This document shows positions 12,559 to 26,394 of a stretch of DNA of 64,000 bases, piece by piece. Position numbers and translations under genes: made by a program. The notes beneath the pieces were generated by a model. It had not been told where the DNA came from. It was given only the letters and a program-made list of their open reading frames with translations, and did not search any database. Position 1 is the first letter of the stretch, and every line of letters begins with the position of its first letter. Source of the stretch: Octopus sinensis (taxonomy: Eukaryota); NCBI RefSeq assembly GCF_006345805.1, contig NC_043001.1, forward strand, positions 2,666,001 to 2,730,000, written 5' to 3'.

Positions 12559-13780
12559 CCATGTTTTTTCCAGGCTATGCTATTATGCTAATTAATAATG
12601 TGTCAAATGTGTCAATTAGCAGAGTCACAGATAAGTTTTTCCTTACTTGAAAGATGCCAGTGACATATATTAAAATCCCTTAATAGGACTATATTCATAA
12701 AAAAGTATAGAATTATATTATCACTCTCAAATATGAAAATCAAACACTCATAAGATTTTTCTTTCAAAACTTCATTGCATTAGATTGATTCCATAAAATT
12801 CCTTGAATTGAGTTCAATTATTTAAGCATAATTGAAATATAGTTTGTTTTTAAAATAAAAAATTAATTGTACTAAAATCCATTGTTTTGCCTTACTTATA
12901 TTTTTTCCCTGATATTTTACCTCAACTTTTTTTATACAAATTTTTTTGCATGGGACCAAAACTATGAAATTCTTCCTGTTTTCTTCTATCATTGAAGCTA
13001 AGATAAATATATCTTGCTTTTAAAAATAAAAAAGTTATTTAGTTCTAAACTTGATTGGAGGTGTTATTTACTCTCCTGTAATGTTGCTACAAATTTTGAT
13101 GTAATCTGTTTTACTATTGGACTAAATCCCAATATTTTTGTGCCAAAATGTAGTCCACTTCAAAAATGTTAACAGTTATTAATTTGGTTAAGAACTGAAT
13201 TAGTGACAAGTTCTGAAAGATGCTGCATGTGAGTAAATTGTGGCCTTAGGAATATTATTGCACTACTATCGTAGTTGAATGATATACACGTGGTTGTCGG
13301 GAAATCGTATAAATTTGACTTATCTTTGATCGATACATGCAAATATTTGTATGTAGACGTGCCAATCTGCTTTGTACAGGTATGCATAATTATTTGTATG
13401 TATATTTTTCATGTATTTTATTGATGGAGGAAGAAAGCCTTTCTTATGGCTTTAATCCAGAAATCGGACCCAAATCTCAAATAATGTGAAGTATTTTTAT
13501 TATTTTTTCACTTGTCTGACAACAACCTGTGTCTTTTTGGAGGTTTTCAGTAGTTTCTTAGTGCCTCAGCATTTATTCCAAGCATTTAGGAGATAGGTCG
13601 TTTCGCCTCACTCCCTTAATATAATCACATATATATATATATACACACACACAATTATAAATTTAATATATACATTACCTATAAATTCATATTTTATGCT
13701 GACTACCTGATAAATATCATTAACATGATTTTATCCTTCAGTTCTATTATAAATAAATATATAAATATATATATGCATAT

Positions 13781-13840
<60 letters not shown>

Positions 13841-13992
13841 GTACACACACACCTATTTATATGTATATATACATATATACAATTATATTTATGTTTATAT
13901 ATATGTGTGAATGTGTGTGTTTATGTGTTTGTGTACACACATGTGTATGTATTCATAGAAAAAGAGAAAGACAAGATGAATAAGAGCAAGAA

Positions 13993-14023
<31 letters not shown>

Positions 14024-14944
14024 AAGAGGAGTAATAAATGAGTTTTGATTAATTTTCATGATATCTAAATTAAAAATTCTTCAAAATATTAAGTAAATTT
14101 TCAAAACCTAAATCAGATGCTCCAAATGGCATTTTTGAAAAGTCTTCATAGATCCGAGCAGATTTTCTTTAATAAATATGCTACAAGTCCTTGTCTGTTC
14201 TATTGGAAAGTCCCATCTATTTACCATTTACCGTTCCTCATATCTTCCAATATTAAATCTACAAGGCAATAAAGACTATAAGTTGGCAACGAAATATTGG
14301 TAAATATTATAAAGTTGTCATTATTTTGGCACTATTATGAAATTCATTAATTGCTATTCTCAAGTATGTCCAATGAATGGCAAACTTGTGCCAAGAAATA
14401 GGAACACATTTAAGTCTTCTACCTTCTAGTTTTGTTTGTAAATTTTTTGTTTGTATCTTCTTTTTTATTTTTTAAAAATTCCATAGATTGGCATAGAATT
14501 TAATATCATCTCTGCTTTTTTTCATCATCTTTTTCACAAATTGGAAGACATTTCCTAAAGAACGCATGACAGCCTCTATATCACTTTATTTATTCACTGA
14601 GTGTGGCTTAGACATTATAAATGCCATGTGTGAAGATGAGCAAAATATGCCATGATCTTACACCTTTTCTTTTCTTTCTTTCCTTCCTTCCTCACATTCT
14701 CACATGTAAACACATCTCTCACTCATTGTATAAATGCCTATGCTAATATATATATAATATAATGCACACATTCTCACACATTCACAAGACGAGGCAATAT
14801 TCTATGCACACCAATTTAATGCCATCACATAAGAAATATCTTCCTGATATCTAACAATTTGAATCTGTTCACCTGTCTCTCACTTCCTCTCTATGTGTCT
14901 GGTTCCCTCTCTCTCTCTTTCCTTTTGTGTTATCAGTCTTTATC

Positions 14945-14954
14945 TATCGACATT

Positions 14955-14986
<32 letters not shown>

Positions 14987-15034
14987 TGTCTGTGTGTATG
15001 TATGTATGTATGTATGTATCTATCTATCTATCTG

Positions 15035-15093
<59 letters not shown>

Positions 15094-15230
15094 GTCTATC
15101 TATCTATCTATCCATCTATCTATCTATCTATCTATCTATCTGTCTATCTATCTATCCATTTATCTATCTATCTGTCTATCTATCTATCTATCCATCTATC
15201 TATTTATCTATCTATCTATCTATCTGTCTG

Positions 15231-15281
<51 letters not shown>

Positions 15282-15286
15282 GTCTA

Positions 15287-15347
<61 letters not shown>

Positions 15348-15360
15348 ATGTATGTATATC
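14945..15360. repeat. Compound tetranucleotide microsatellite (TATG)n-(TATC)n-(TGTC)n
   Basis: Direct reading. Confidence 0.95.
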
Positions 15361-15963
15361 TACATTATCATAACTTAAATATGTCATCTTCAACATTTCA
15401 GCATTAACTTTTCCCTGATTGTATAAAGTCAGTGAGAATTTGTCGAGGCAGATTTTCCACACATGGACGCCCATCCATATTTGTTTTCTAGTAAGGTAGT
15501 ATTTCCCCTTTTCCTGGCTATATTTTCACCATGGCACAAACACACAAAGATGTCACAAACACTCACATATACATATTCATATATATATATTATATGTATA
15601 AAATGGCTTCATTTCTTCCAAGGTGTCATGCAGTGGGATACACACACACACACACACACGTGTGTGCAGTACAATGAATTAGTACGTATTTAAATATTTA
15701 CTAAACATCTAGTTGATTTATTCAAATTATCTTCCCATCAAAAGAAAAGTAGCCAGGGATCTCCTCTGCAGTGAAACCCCTGTTACTCCCCCCCCCCCTG
15801 TCATATATTTAATCCCTCAATACTTGCCACAAAGCCTCACCCCCACAATACCCTATGTTTCTGAAGGTCTTGTGAGTTATTTGGTGATCTGCAATTTTTT
15901 TTTACAATCACTTGCGAGACACACCCAGTATCCTAGGGCAAGTGAAGGATAAGAGATGTTGCT

Positions 15964-16236
15964 ACAGTTCTCTATTTAAGAGATGTGGAATTATGTACAT
16001 TATTTACATTTGACGGATATTTGTCCTCATCTTGTTTGTTGTTAACAGAACGTTTCGGCTGATATTCCCTCCAGCCTTATATAATAACATCGGAAAATGC
16101 GTTAGGAATGAGAACCCAGGTTTGAGATTTCCCCAAGACACCTGCTGAAGGCTGGAGGGTATATCAGCTGAAATGTTGTGTTAACGACAAACAAGATGAG
16201 GACAAATATCCATCAAATGTAAATAATGTAAATAAT
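15964..16236. mobile_element. Hammerhead-tailed repeat (family P1), head-to-head inverted pair
   Basis: Arms 15964-16078 (-) and 16086-16236 (+); same sequence as the tails of the 30-kb palindrome. Confidence 0.8.
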
Positions 16237-16424
16237 GAAGAGATGTTACTGTATGACTGAAAGCTTGGGGAAGGTACGTGGTAGAGGGCAGTAGCGAAAT
16301 ATCTTCATGTAATACAACACAGACATTTAAATGGATAGGATTTTTTCTAAGGATATGGGCAGTACCTGTCAGCATAATCTTTTGGATATCTCTGAGACAT
16401 GGTTCTCCTGGGATCTTTTACCTT

Positions 16425-16830
16425 TTATCTGTTATTTGTGTCACTCATTGGACTCTGGCCATGCTGGGGCACCAACTTGAATGATCTAGGCAAATAAATT
16501 GACCCCAGGACTTATTTTCTTTCATTTTCGAAGTTCAATACTTATTGTATCAATCTCATTTACCAAATGGTTAAGTTATTGGGATGTAAACAAAAGAACA
16601 ACTGTCAGGTGGTGGGGGTGGGGGACAAACACAAACATGATGACACACACACACACACACACACACTTAAACATATGACGGTTTCCATCTCCCATATCCA
16701 CTCACAAGGCTTTGGTCAGCCTGAGGCTAGAGTAGAAGACACTTTGCCTGAGATGCTACACAGCAGGATTGAACCTGCAGTCATGTGGTTGGGAAGCAAG
16801 CTTCTTCCCTCACAGCCAAACCTGTACCTT
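16425..16830 (-). mobile_element. SINE family A, full length
   Basis: Tail, internal (CA)n and head all match family A in reverse. Confidence 0.75.
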
Positions 16831-17769
16831 TATTCATACAAATTGTTGGGGGTTTGTCTGTCTGTGTGTCTGTGTGCCCAGTTTTGTTATCAATTCATAA
16901 CACATTACGAAGGAGAGTGTTTGTATTTTCAACCAACACACTTTCGATATTTTGGATATCTCCAGTTCTCAATAATTGAATTGTTTCTCCATTTCTTTCA
17001 CAGATAAATAATTCGCTTCTTGAATTGCGATGTCAATTAGGAGAAATCTATTTCTCATTTATATATATATATATTTTCTTTTTCTTCGAGATCTTTGATA
17101 ATGATATCAACACGATTTCCTTAAACAACTTATTTCTGTGAATTGCCATATCTGTCTGTTTGCACTCTTTAATCTCTGTGTGTATTCGATAAGGTTGGCA
17201 TAGTTTACAGCCAAATAACCCACCAACTCTTTACATCTATTTATGCAATCATTTTATTATTATTATTATTTTTTCCAGCAGTCTTATTTTTACTGCGTGC
17301 ATTTAGTGTCCTGCCCAAGCAAAGGCAGCTGGGTGCCTTGAGTACGTGCAGCGCTTGGCTTTGGTTTCATGTTTTCTGTTGCATTGATAATACTTTATGT
17401 ATAATATATGTGTGCTGCTAGAAAAGTTAATTTCTAATGTGGTACACACACACACACACACACACACACGTGGGTGTGTGTGTGCAAAACCTGGTGATTT
17501 GATTTTGTATTTGTATGCATTTTTGTATCATCAGAAGATGCCTTTTGTTATTGGGATTGATTCTGTTTCCAATCACAATATTCTGGTTTTCTCTGTTTTC
17601 TGATCTTTCTATTGGCTATTCCATTAATCGGATCAGCTGGAACCTTTGTCGTCGTAACTAATGCAGCACCAGTTATCCAACACTTAAAGAACTCCATCAG
17701 ATCACTGCTTCATTAATCTCAGCAAAGACAAAATGGCTGTGTAAACAAGTAATTCTTAACCATCTTTTA

Positions 17770-18000
17770 CCTGTCGTTGCCAGGACTGCCTGACTGGCCC
17801 CTGTGCTGGTGGCACTTTAAAAGCACCCACTACACTCTCGGAGTGGTTGGCATTAGGAAGGACATCCAGCTGTAGAAACTCTGCCAGATCAGGTTGGAGC
17901 CTGGTGCAGCCATCTGATTCGCCAGTCCTCTGTCAAATCGTCCAACCCATGCTAGCATGGAAAGCAGATGTTAAACGATGATGATCATGATGATGATGAT
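17770..18000 (+). mobile_element. Family C repeat (RTE-type 3' end ending in (GAT)n)
   Basis: GGAGTGGTTGGC.TTAGGAAGG.CATCCAGCTGTAGAAAC..GTTAAACGATGATG. Confidence 0.75.
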
Positions 18001-18789
18001 GTAAAATACAGAAAACTTTGTCAACAGGAAAGTCTGTGGAAGAGTTTAGTGAGTTAACTTGTCAGAAATGTAAGAACTTGTTGCATTGTGTTGTAACCCA
18101 CCTCAGGAGAAGACAAGAAAATATGAAATATATAAAGGTTTTACTGCTTGGGTGGCAACATTTATCATCATCATCTAGTAGTTTTAGATATGGGCGTTGT
18201 CCCCGTTAATAGAGGTGGCTGGATCTACCTCAATGCCATAGCAACTGAGGTAGGCAGCTACAGCCCACCCAAACCTTTGGGCTGGCTGGTGCCCAATCTC
18301 CCTTGCTGTCATGAGGCTTTTTGGGAGCTGGATTTTCTACAGGGAGTGTGCCCTTGCTTACCCCCAACCTCAGTTTCTAGACATGACTGGTCCCACGACC
18401 AAGGCCTCTACCATGATTTTTAAGCAATGCAATGGAAAACTTGCTCAGGAAGGCTGGGACGCTACTCCCTGAGACCCCTTTCAGAACAACATTGTGAATG
18501 AGAAATACAATAAAGTAAAAGAGTAATGTGTGGAGGGGGGGGGGATAACGCCCGTTAAAGAGTGTATGAGTAGTATGTGGGGTGTGCAATGAGGGAGGAA
18601 GTAAATAGGGAAGAGACATGGTAGTGTGAAGGGGCAAAGTTTAGGACAAGATCCTGGTAATTTAGAATAAGAGAATAGTGATGAGGCGTAAGCCATGTGA
18701 GGATGGATATAAATGTAAATTCATGGTAAAAGAAAGTGACACACATGAATTTCTCCATTCTATTCTTTTGACAAAAGATATGAACTAAT

Positions 18790-19030
18790 TTCTACATTTC
18801 TTTTGGAAATAAATTGTCATTTGTGGGAATTGATACACTGATTAGGAAATATTTCTTTCCCTGATGGGTTTCCAGAATATATCGGATCGATTTATCATAA
18901 GCTTTTGGTCTGCCTAAATTGGTGTCACAGAATATGGACACTGTCATTCTTTCAAATATTTTCTCATGGAAGTTTATCCCATCTCCTTTCATACATTGGG
19001 AAACATATTCTGATGCTGGTACATGACTAG
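18790..19030 (-). mobile_element. Degraded R4/Dong-like RLE fragment
   Basis: VSIFCDTNL..KKYFLISVSIPTNDNLFPKE resembles the ILWD..PD..LIDVSIP.D.N..KE motif. Confidence 0.5.
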
Positions 19031-19060
19031 TGTATGAAAGTATCAACTCTTTCATACCCA

Positions 19061-19091
<31 letters not shown>

Positions 19092-19092
19092 A

Positions 19093-19124
<32 letters not shown>

Positions 19125-19989
19125 ATACACACACACATACACACCATGGGTTTCTTGCAGTTTCCACCTCCCAAATTCCTTAACGTGGCATTGGTCGCTC
19201 CAACATTATTCACAGAAGACATTTTCCTGAGTTACCACAGAGTGAGGGCTAACCTGAAGCCATGGGGCTGTGAAGCAAACTTCTTTACACACCATACTTG
19301 TGCCTGTAAAAGAAGAAAGACAACAGTTTCCTCTTTTGGTTATATTTTGTAGTTATTTGCTTTAATTTCTCTTCATAATTCATCGCCTATTTTTGTGCTT
19401 TTACAGCAGACATTTTATAAGTAATTTTCAAGTCCAGTACCTTCTTGTATTTAAGTGTAATTATAATGTTTACATGACAGATTTTTGTGATGGGAAATTA
19501 AAAAAGCATTTCTGAAGCTTGCTCTCTTTAAGTTGGCCAGTTTATTACTAGTTTGATAAAAGACTTAGTAGCATCTGTTTTAATACTTTTCGTTCTAAGT
19601 TCAAATCCTACCAAGATCAATCTTTATTTTTATCCTGTCAGGGTCCATAAGATATAGTACCAGTCAAATACTTGATGATATTAATTAACCCTCTTCATCT
19701 CAATTTGCTGACTCCCTATCTAAATTAGAAATCCTGATTTTACTTTTCTCTCTCTTCATCATCATCATCATCATCATCATCATTTAACATCTGCTTTCCA
19801 TGCTGGAATGGGTTGAACAATTTGATGGGAGCTGGCAAGGTCGCACCCGGTTCCGTTGTTTGTCATGGCATGATTTCTACAACAGGATATCCTTCCTCAT
19901 GACAGACCCTTTATAAAGTGCACTGGATGCTTTTTACATGGCACCAGCAACAACAGAATCACTGAGTGTCAGTTCTTACCAAAAGATTT

Positions 19990-20330
19990 AGCAACCAGTT
20001 AAGAATTTTTAACTCTACCAAACTTTTTGCACAAGTATAATATTGCTCTTTCGAAAGTTAAATTCATTATCTTTGCTTTAAGTATTTACACAAATGCATC
20101 TTTAATATTTCTTCCTCAACTTATCTTTCATTTGTATCATTGATTCATTAGTATTTCTAAGTCTGTGTTTGGTAGAATTCCCTTATCTATGTTCCATTAC
20201 CTAAAATAATATTGTTCTTGTTTTTTTAATTACTTTCTCCTCCTCAAAGAAATCTTATCACATTTTTCCTTAACCAAATTTCAAATCATATTCTTCACAA
20301 CTAAGTCCATATTCCATCTGCAGAGCCCAG
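19990..20330 (-). mobile_element. Degraded R4-like reverse transcriptase C-terminal fragment
   Basis: EKCDKISLRRRK..ILKAK..AI resembles R4 RT domains 6-7 and thumb; many stops. Confidence 0.4.
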
Positions 20331-21059
20331 CTTGGACTTCCATGATAGGTTCAAGGTGACAAAAGTCGATGCTTTAGGAGTGAATTTGGTAGCTGATGGA
20401 AGCTGTGTGTGCGTGTGAGTGTGTGTGTGTTTGTGTGTGTCTGTGAGTGTGTGTGTGTGTGCATGTCAGTGTGTGAGGATATGTATGTGTGAGTGTGTGT
20501 GTGTGTCAGTGTGTGTGTGATTGCGTATATGTGAGTGTGTGTGTGTGTCAGTGTGTGAGCATATGTATGTGTGAGCATGTGTGTGTGTCAGTGCATGAGC
20601 ATATGTATGAGTGCGTGTGAGTGTATGTGAGTGTGTGTATGTGTGTCAGTTTGTGAGTATATGTATGTGTGAGCATGTGTGTGTATATGTGTGTGTGTTA
20701 AATGTGTGTGTGTGAGTGTGTGTATGTGCATGTGTATTTGCAAGTGCATGTGTGTGTGAGTGTGTATGCGTGCGCGAGTGTGCAACTTTGCTTAATAACC
20801 AGTGTTGGTTTGTTTACGTCCAGTGTGTCCAAAAGAGGCTGATGAAATAAGTGCCAGACTTGATATAGCACTGGGGTAGATTTTATTGACTAAGCCCTTT
20901 AAGGCAGTGCTCTAGTATGGCCATAAACTGAAATCATTCAAAGAACACAAGAATATAAGGATTTAAACTCTTCTCCACAAAATTATTCCATTGTCAAGAA
21001 TCTGATAACAGCTTCCGAATGTTACTATTCTTATGATTATTATTATTTTTATTATCAAA

Positions 21060-21540
21060 TCAAATCAAAATCGATGAACATCAATGGAATTTGTATTTTT
21101 GTGGTACCAGTGCCAGTGGGAACGTGGCCGTAGCCAGTACCGTATTGACTGGCCTCTGTGCTGTGGGCACGTAACAAACACCATCCGATCGTGGCCGTGC
21201 CAGCCTCGCCTGGCCTGCGTGCCAGTGGCATGTAAAAAACACCATCTGAGCGTGGCCGTTCACCAGCCTCGTCTGGCACCTGTGTTGGTGGCACAAAAAA
21301 ACACCATCCGAGTGTGGCCGTTCGCCAGCTTCGTCTGGCACCTGTGTCAGTGACACATAAAAAGCACCCACTACACTCACGGAGTGGTTGGCGTTAGGAA
21401 GGGCATCCAGCTGTAGAAACACTGCCAGATCTGACTGGCCTAGTGCAGCCTTCGGGCTTCCCAGACCCCAGTTGAACCGTCCAACCCATGCTAGCATGGA
21501 AAGCGGACGTTAAACGTTGATGATGATGATGATGATTATT
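21060..21540 (+). mobile_element. Family C repeat with internal ~60-70-bp tandem subunits, young copy
   Basis: Repeated AAAAA(G/A)CACCAT..TGGCCGT..CCAGC units, then the RTE-type tail GGACGTTAAACGTTGATGATG. Confidence 0.8.
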
Positions 21541-22038
21541 ATTATTATTCAACATTTGGTAGTTTCAAACAAATTTCTTCTGCATCGCCTATGACACCAC
21601 CATTTTGCAAAGATGTGTGCAGCATTGTCGGTTCTTTTCTGTTGTTGGAGGTGGGGAGTGCAATCTCTTCCTTGTGTTGTATGACATCAGATTCTCTCTA
21701 TATGGGGGTCTGGTGTAGTCTTTCAATGTATTAGTGTTTGTATTGTGTGTTCTATGTGTAATGCGAATTGGGCTTTTCTGTTGGGTAATTAGCTTGCTGG
21801 TGGTTGTTTATTTCATTGGATATTTACTATAGAGAGTGTGTCTTGTATTTGTGGATTATTTTGTTTGGGTTGTATTTTTGAATTGATAGTGTCTCACATA
21901 GGATGTGGCCTGGGACTAGCAGGGCTACTTTTTTGGATAGTGTGTAGTGTTGAGTGTCCAGCTTCTACATTTTCCTTCGCATGTTTTACTATTATTATTA
22001 TTATTGTTGTTGTTGTTGTTGTTGTTGTGTTGTTGTTG

Positions 22039-22076
<38 letters not shown>

Positions 22077-22324
22077 GTCATTTCTTATGTGCAGCAATGT
22101 TGTTTCAACATTGGAAATCCTTGGAGTCTACTTTCATCATTTTCTTGTTGTAAGAACAAAATATTGGAAGTGCCAAGGATGATTAAGAATAGGTGTCAAA
22201 GAGTTATATGTCTATTAGGTTCACCTGATGTGCTGGATTTGGTAAATAAGGAATGTTGCAAAACGATATTTTAGAAATTCTAAGACATCCAAACTCAGAA
22301 TAAACAAACTAAAATGAATTGCTG

Positions 22325-22700
22325 TATTTTATTTGTTTCAGTCATTTGACTGTGGCCATGCTGGAGCACCACCTTTAGTCAAACAAATCGACCCCAGGAC
22401 TTATTCTTTGTAAGCCTAGTACTTATTCTATTGGTCTCTTTTGATGAACCGTTAAGTTACAGGGACATAAATACACCAGCATCAGTTGTCAAGTGATGGT
22501 GGGGTGGGACAAAGACAGACATACAAACACTCACACACACATATATATACAATGGACTTCTTTCAGTTTCCTTCAACCAAATCGACTATCAAGGCTTTGG
22601 TCAGCTCGAGGCTGTAGTAGAAGACACTAGCCCATGGTGCCACACAGTGTGACTGAACCTGGAACCATGTGGTTGGTAAGCAAGCTACTTACCACACAGC
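22325..22700 (-). mobile_element. SINE family A, full length
   Basis: Matches 36988-37375 in reverse. Confidence 0.8.
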
Positions 22701-23295
22701 TAATAAAAATAAAATATCTTGAAAGTTACCATGCATCTAGTTAAGAAGCTGTTGATGCGGTTTTCTTAGGGTTAACTGAAATCCTCCCCATAAATATCTG
22801 TTATTTCATTACTTGGCTATAGCAGGTATTTTCTATACCAAAGAACATTTAATGTAAATAATATTGTTGGTATGGATACTGTTAGTTACACAGAAAATGA
22901 ATTGTTCTTTTAAAACCTCTGCTACAGTTAGACCACCGATGTAGGTGTGCTGTTTGTTCAGAAACAGGCACAGTGTGACAGCCTCAACAATCTGTGAAGA
23001 AATGAGAAATTATGAGAGATATTTCCAAAATCAGGGTCTGTCTTCCATATTACAGCATCTTCCAGACTACAAAATATGGCAAACATCATGAATGGAGTGG
23101 AAAGTAAAATGTCTGTTCTGATTTATTGAACAACCATTCACCTGTCAACCATTTTCTAGGTTCTATAATGCCCAAAGACTTGTACGTACTAATCTTTAAT
23201 TGGCAATATACTTTCAGCACTAAATACACACATGCAAACGCACACACATATATGTACATATATACATACATACACACACGCATATACATATATGA

Positions 23296-23328
<33 letters not shown>

Positions 23329-23789
23329 CATACATACATACACACACATATATGTATACTTATGTGTAGCTCTATTTACATACCTATATACTTATATGTA
23401 TATTTATATATCTTTACACACACACACACACATACAGAAACACACATTCCTACAGGTAGTCTTTTCATATATTGTATTTTACATGCACTTGGAAGCAAGC
23501 AAGGAACTGCTTCTGGTTATTTCAGAATCTTGCTTGATTTTTATCTAAATCAAATAATAAAAAGCCAAAAATATAGAAGCAAATGAACTCTTAAAATGTA
23601 TCAGCCTTCTTTTTTTACAATGTGTCTGCAAAGTAGTAACAGAGCTGTAAAAAGTGGTTTCACTTTGAAAAATGGAAATAAGACAAGAATATAGAACACC
23701 AACGTCTTCGAATCTGTTTGATTGAAGAAGACTCACACAACAGAAATAACAGCAACAACAACAATAATAATTGTTTCATATTTTGGCAC

Positions 23790-23990
23790 AAAGCCAGCAA
23801 TTTTGGAGGAGTGGGTAAATCAATTTCATTGACCCACAGTGCTCAGCTGGTATCTACTCTATTGATCTCTGAAGGGATAGAGGGCAAAGATGACCTCAGT
23901 GGAATTTGAACTCAGAACATAAGGACAAATGAAATTCTGTTGGGTATTTTGCCCCTGTGCGCTAATAATTCTGCCAAATAGCTGCCTTAA
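23790..23990 (-). mobile_element. SINE family B (degenerate)
   Basis: Reverse match to 57535-57815. Confidence 0.55.
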
Positions 23991-24149
23991 CAACAGAATA
24001 AAAATGATAATTGTTAAGTGTTTGCTAGAAAATGCAATGCATCTTTACAGTGAGGAGGCAAAAGATTAGAGATATACATAGAGATCCGTACTTCTAGGGG
24101 ATGGCCTTTCTCTCATCATGTTTGCAATCACACTGCTCCCTTCGTTATC

Positions 24150-24600
24150 ATTATCATCATCATTAACGTCTGTTTTCCATGCTAGCATGGGTTGGATGGT
24201 TCAACTGGGGTATGGGAAGCCAGGAGGCTGCACCAGGCTCCAGTCTGTTCTGGCAGTGTTTCTACAGCTGAATGCCCTTCCTAATGCCAACCACTCCGTG
24301 AGTGTAGTTGGTGCTTTTTACGTGCCACCAGCACAGAGGCCAGAGGAAGCTGGCAGCGACCACAATTACATGGTGCTTTTTACATGCCACTGGCATGGAA
24401 ACCAGTCAAGGTGACAATGGCATCAGCCATGTTCAGATGGTGCCTGGGGATCACAACTACAATTTCGATTTGATTTTCAGTATGATGGTGATGTACTTGA
24501 CTGAATAGGTCTCCTCAAGCATATCCCCCTATGATCCAAGGTACTTTTTTGAATGAACTGGGGCTGGTTATGCAAAACTGGTGTAGGATACAGCTGTGGG
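24150..24600 (-). mobile_element. Family C repeat
   Basis: CATCATCATTAACGTC..TTCCATGCTAGCATGGGTTGGA.. Confidence 0.75.
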
Positions 24601-24659
24601 GTTATACTAAACAAAGCTAAGAAAGGATTTTCAAGGAAAAGAACCAATTCCACCCCCTG

Positions 24660-25480
24660 GTACAAATTATAAGAATATTTAGTGGAGCCATTGGGATGAC
24701 TTTTGGAATTGGAAAATATGATCGGATAAAGATGAAGTGAGAAAAACCCATTAAATGCACTGGAATAAATCTATAATGGTAGGAATATAAAATCCTTATA
24801 AGTAGAAGAAGCCCAAATATCTGGAAATACTTGGCAGCAGGAAAGTCAAAAATATAGAAATGAAGAAAGCTCCTGGTATAGAATATTTCCATGGTATGAA
24901 GATGATATTAAAGTCCAAATTAATTGCATGAAACATCATATGAACAATCAACTTGTGGACAGAATCACTATTAAGGTAGAGAGGAAGAAATTTTGAATGG
25001 AGAAAGGCTGAGCTGAATGGAATAGAAAGGAAAACAAAGGAATCAGATTTCACAACACACAGACAGATGGATGTGAAGTGAGAGGTAAAGTGGTTACGAG
25101 TGGAAAAGAGCAGAAAGAAGAAGGAGGTTGATGCATGTTGCAAAGGTAATGGAATAGAAGAAGAGAAATGTAGGGTCTTATCAAGAAGAAAAAGGTAAAA
25201 CATGTCCTGAGGAGGTAACAAAGGAAAGACAATTTACCGAATGGGTAGAAAACCCAAAAGGGAAAAAAAGAGGAAATCAAACTTTGTTGAAAAGAAACAT
25301 CACTAAGAAAAGCATGCAAGGGAAATGGTCTTGGCAGCAGAGTTGTGGGTCCCATGGGTACAATGGTTCAAGAGAATGAGAGATCTGAAGAATTGCATGG
25401 GGAATTTCGAAAGTCTGGTGATTCAGATGAGATCAATGCTTAGAATGTCCACAGTTATCTCAGAAACAAAACATGGAATG
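24660..25480 (+). mobile_element. Degraded R4/Dong-like LINE, RT end to pre-zinc-knuckle region
   Basis: AIGMTFGIGK..; ILKSKL..N.I.TINLW..LR..W.KAEL..IERKT..; KKSMQGKW; multiple stops and frameshifts. Confidence 0.6.
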
Positions 25481-26363
25481 AAAATGACTTCTTTAAAAAT
25501 ATGAAGAGATGGAGTGAGAGAAAGTGTACAATATATGGGAGGACATTAAAAAAATTTAAAGATCCTAACACATGCACATACACACTCACTTAAATACACA
25601 GGCACACACATTTGCATATAAAACAAAACAGTAAAATAAACAATAAATAAAGAAAATATATAAAAGTTTACTGCACTCAGTAACTCTTTTCAATCAGCCA
25701 TTTCTTAATTTGTGTTTAAGTGCATCCGAATACACCAGTAAGAATTTTTTGAGATAGTTGGTGCTGAGAAACCCCAACATCCTGAGGGTAATTACTGTTA
25801 AGCGCTGTATAAAGTTTTAATTTTACTAACAGTCTGCCTGTTGCTTCCTGTTTATATTCTGAACTTAACGGTTTTTATGTCGTTTTAATTTCTCATAAAA
25901 GTCAGGCAGAAGCATAATGTTGTCTGTTTACTCTTTACTTAATGTTCAAAGGGTTATTAACCTTAGTTCATTGCTCTTCTCTTCATTATTTTTATCATTT
26001 ACGTGTTGTCATTTCAAAGAAATTGTTCCACTTAATCTATTTTTATTGTCTTATAATGTGTCTTCTTTGTCTGTAATGTTTTACGTTTTTTTTTCTTTCA
26101 TATTTCACATAAACAGCACTGGTGCTGGACATAAGTGAAAGGCATCAGTTCACTCTTTAAAGTGGTTGGCATTGGAAAGGACATCCAGCTGTAGAAACCA
26201 TTTTAAAACTGGTGAAGCTGTATAGCTTGCCAGCTCCTATCAAACCGTTCAACCCATGCCAGCATGGAAAACTCACGTTGAATGAATACGATGATGGTGT
26301 TGGTGGTGGTGGTGGTGGTGATGGTGGTGATGGTGGTGGAGGTGGTTTTGATGATGATGATGG

Positions 26364-26394
<31 letters not shown>

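Noticed and set aside
11750-12880. Faint resemblance of translations to ubiquitin/DWNN-like sequences (IIKKGTTILLKR*P, MDFSTINFLF)
   Set aside because: Too short, interrupted by stops and frameshifts, and cannot be distinguished from chance without a search.
14100-14640. Additional R4-like remnant on minus
   Set aside because: Motifs too decayed to call with confidence.
21170-21370. CRISPR-like array
   Set aside because: Eukaryotic context, degenerate units without unique spacers and no cas genes.
25700-25830. Possible micro-exons (e.g. VGAEKPQHPE) and a TACTAAC branch-like site
   Set aside because: Splice contexts are weak or conflicting on both strands and there is no homology support.
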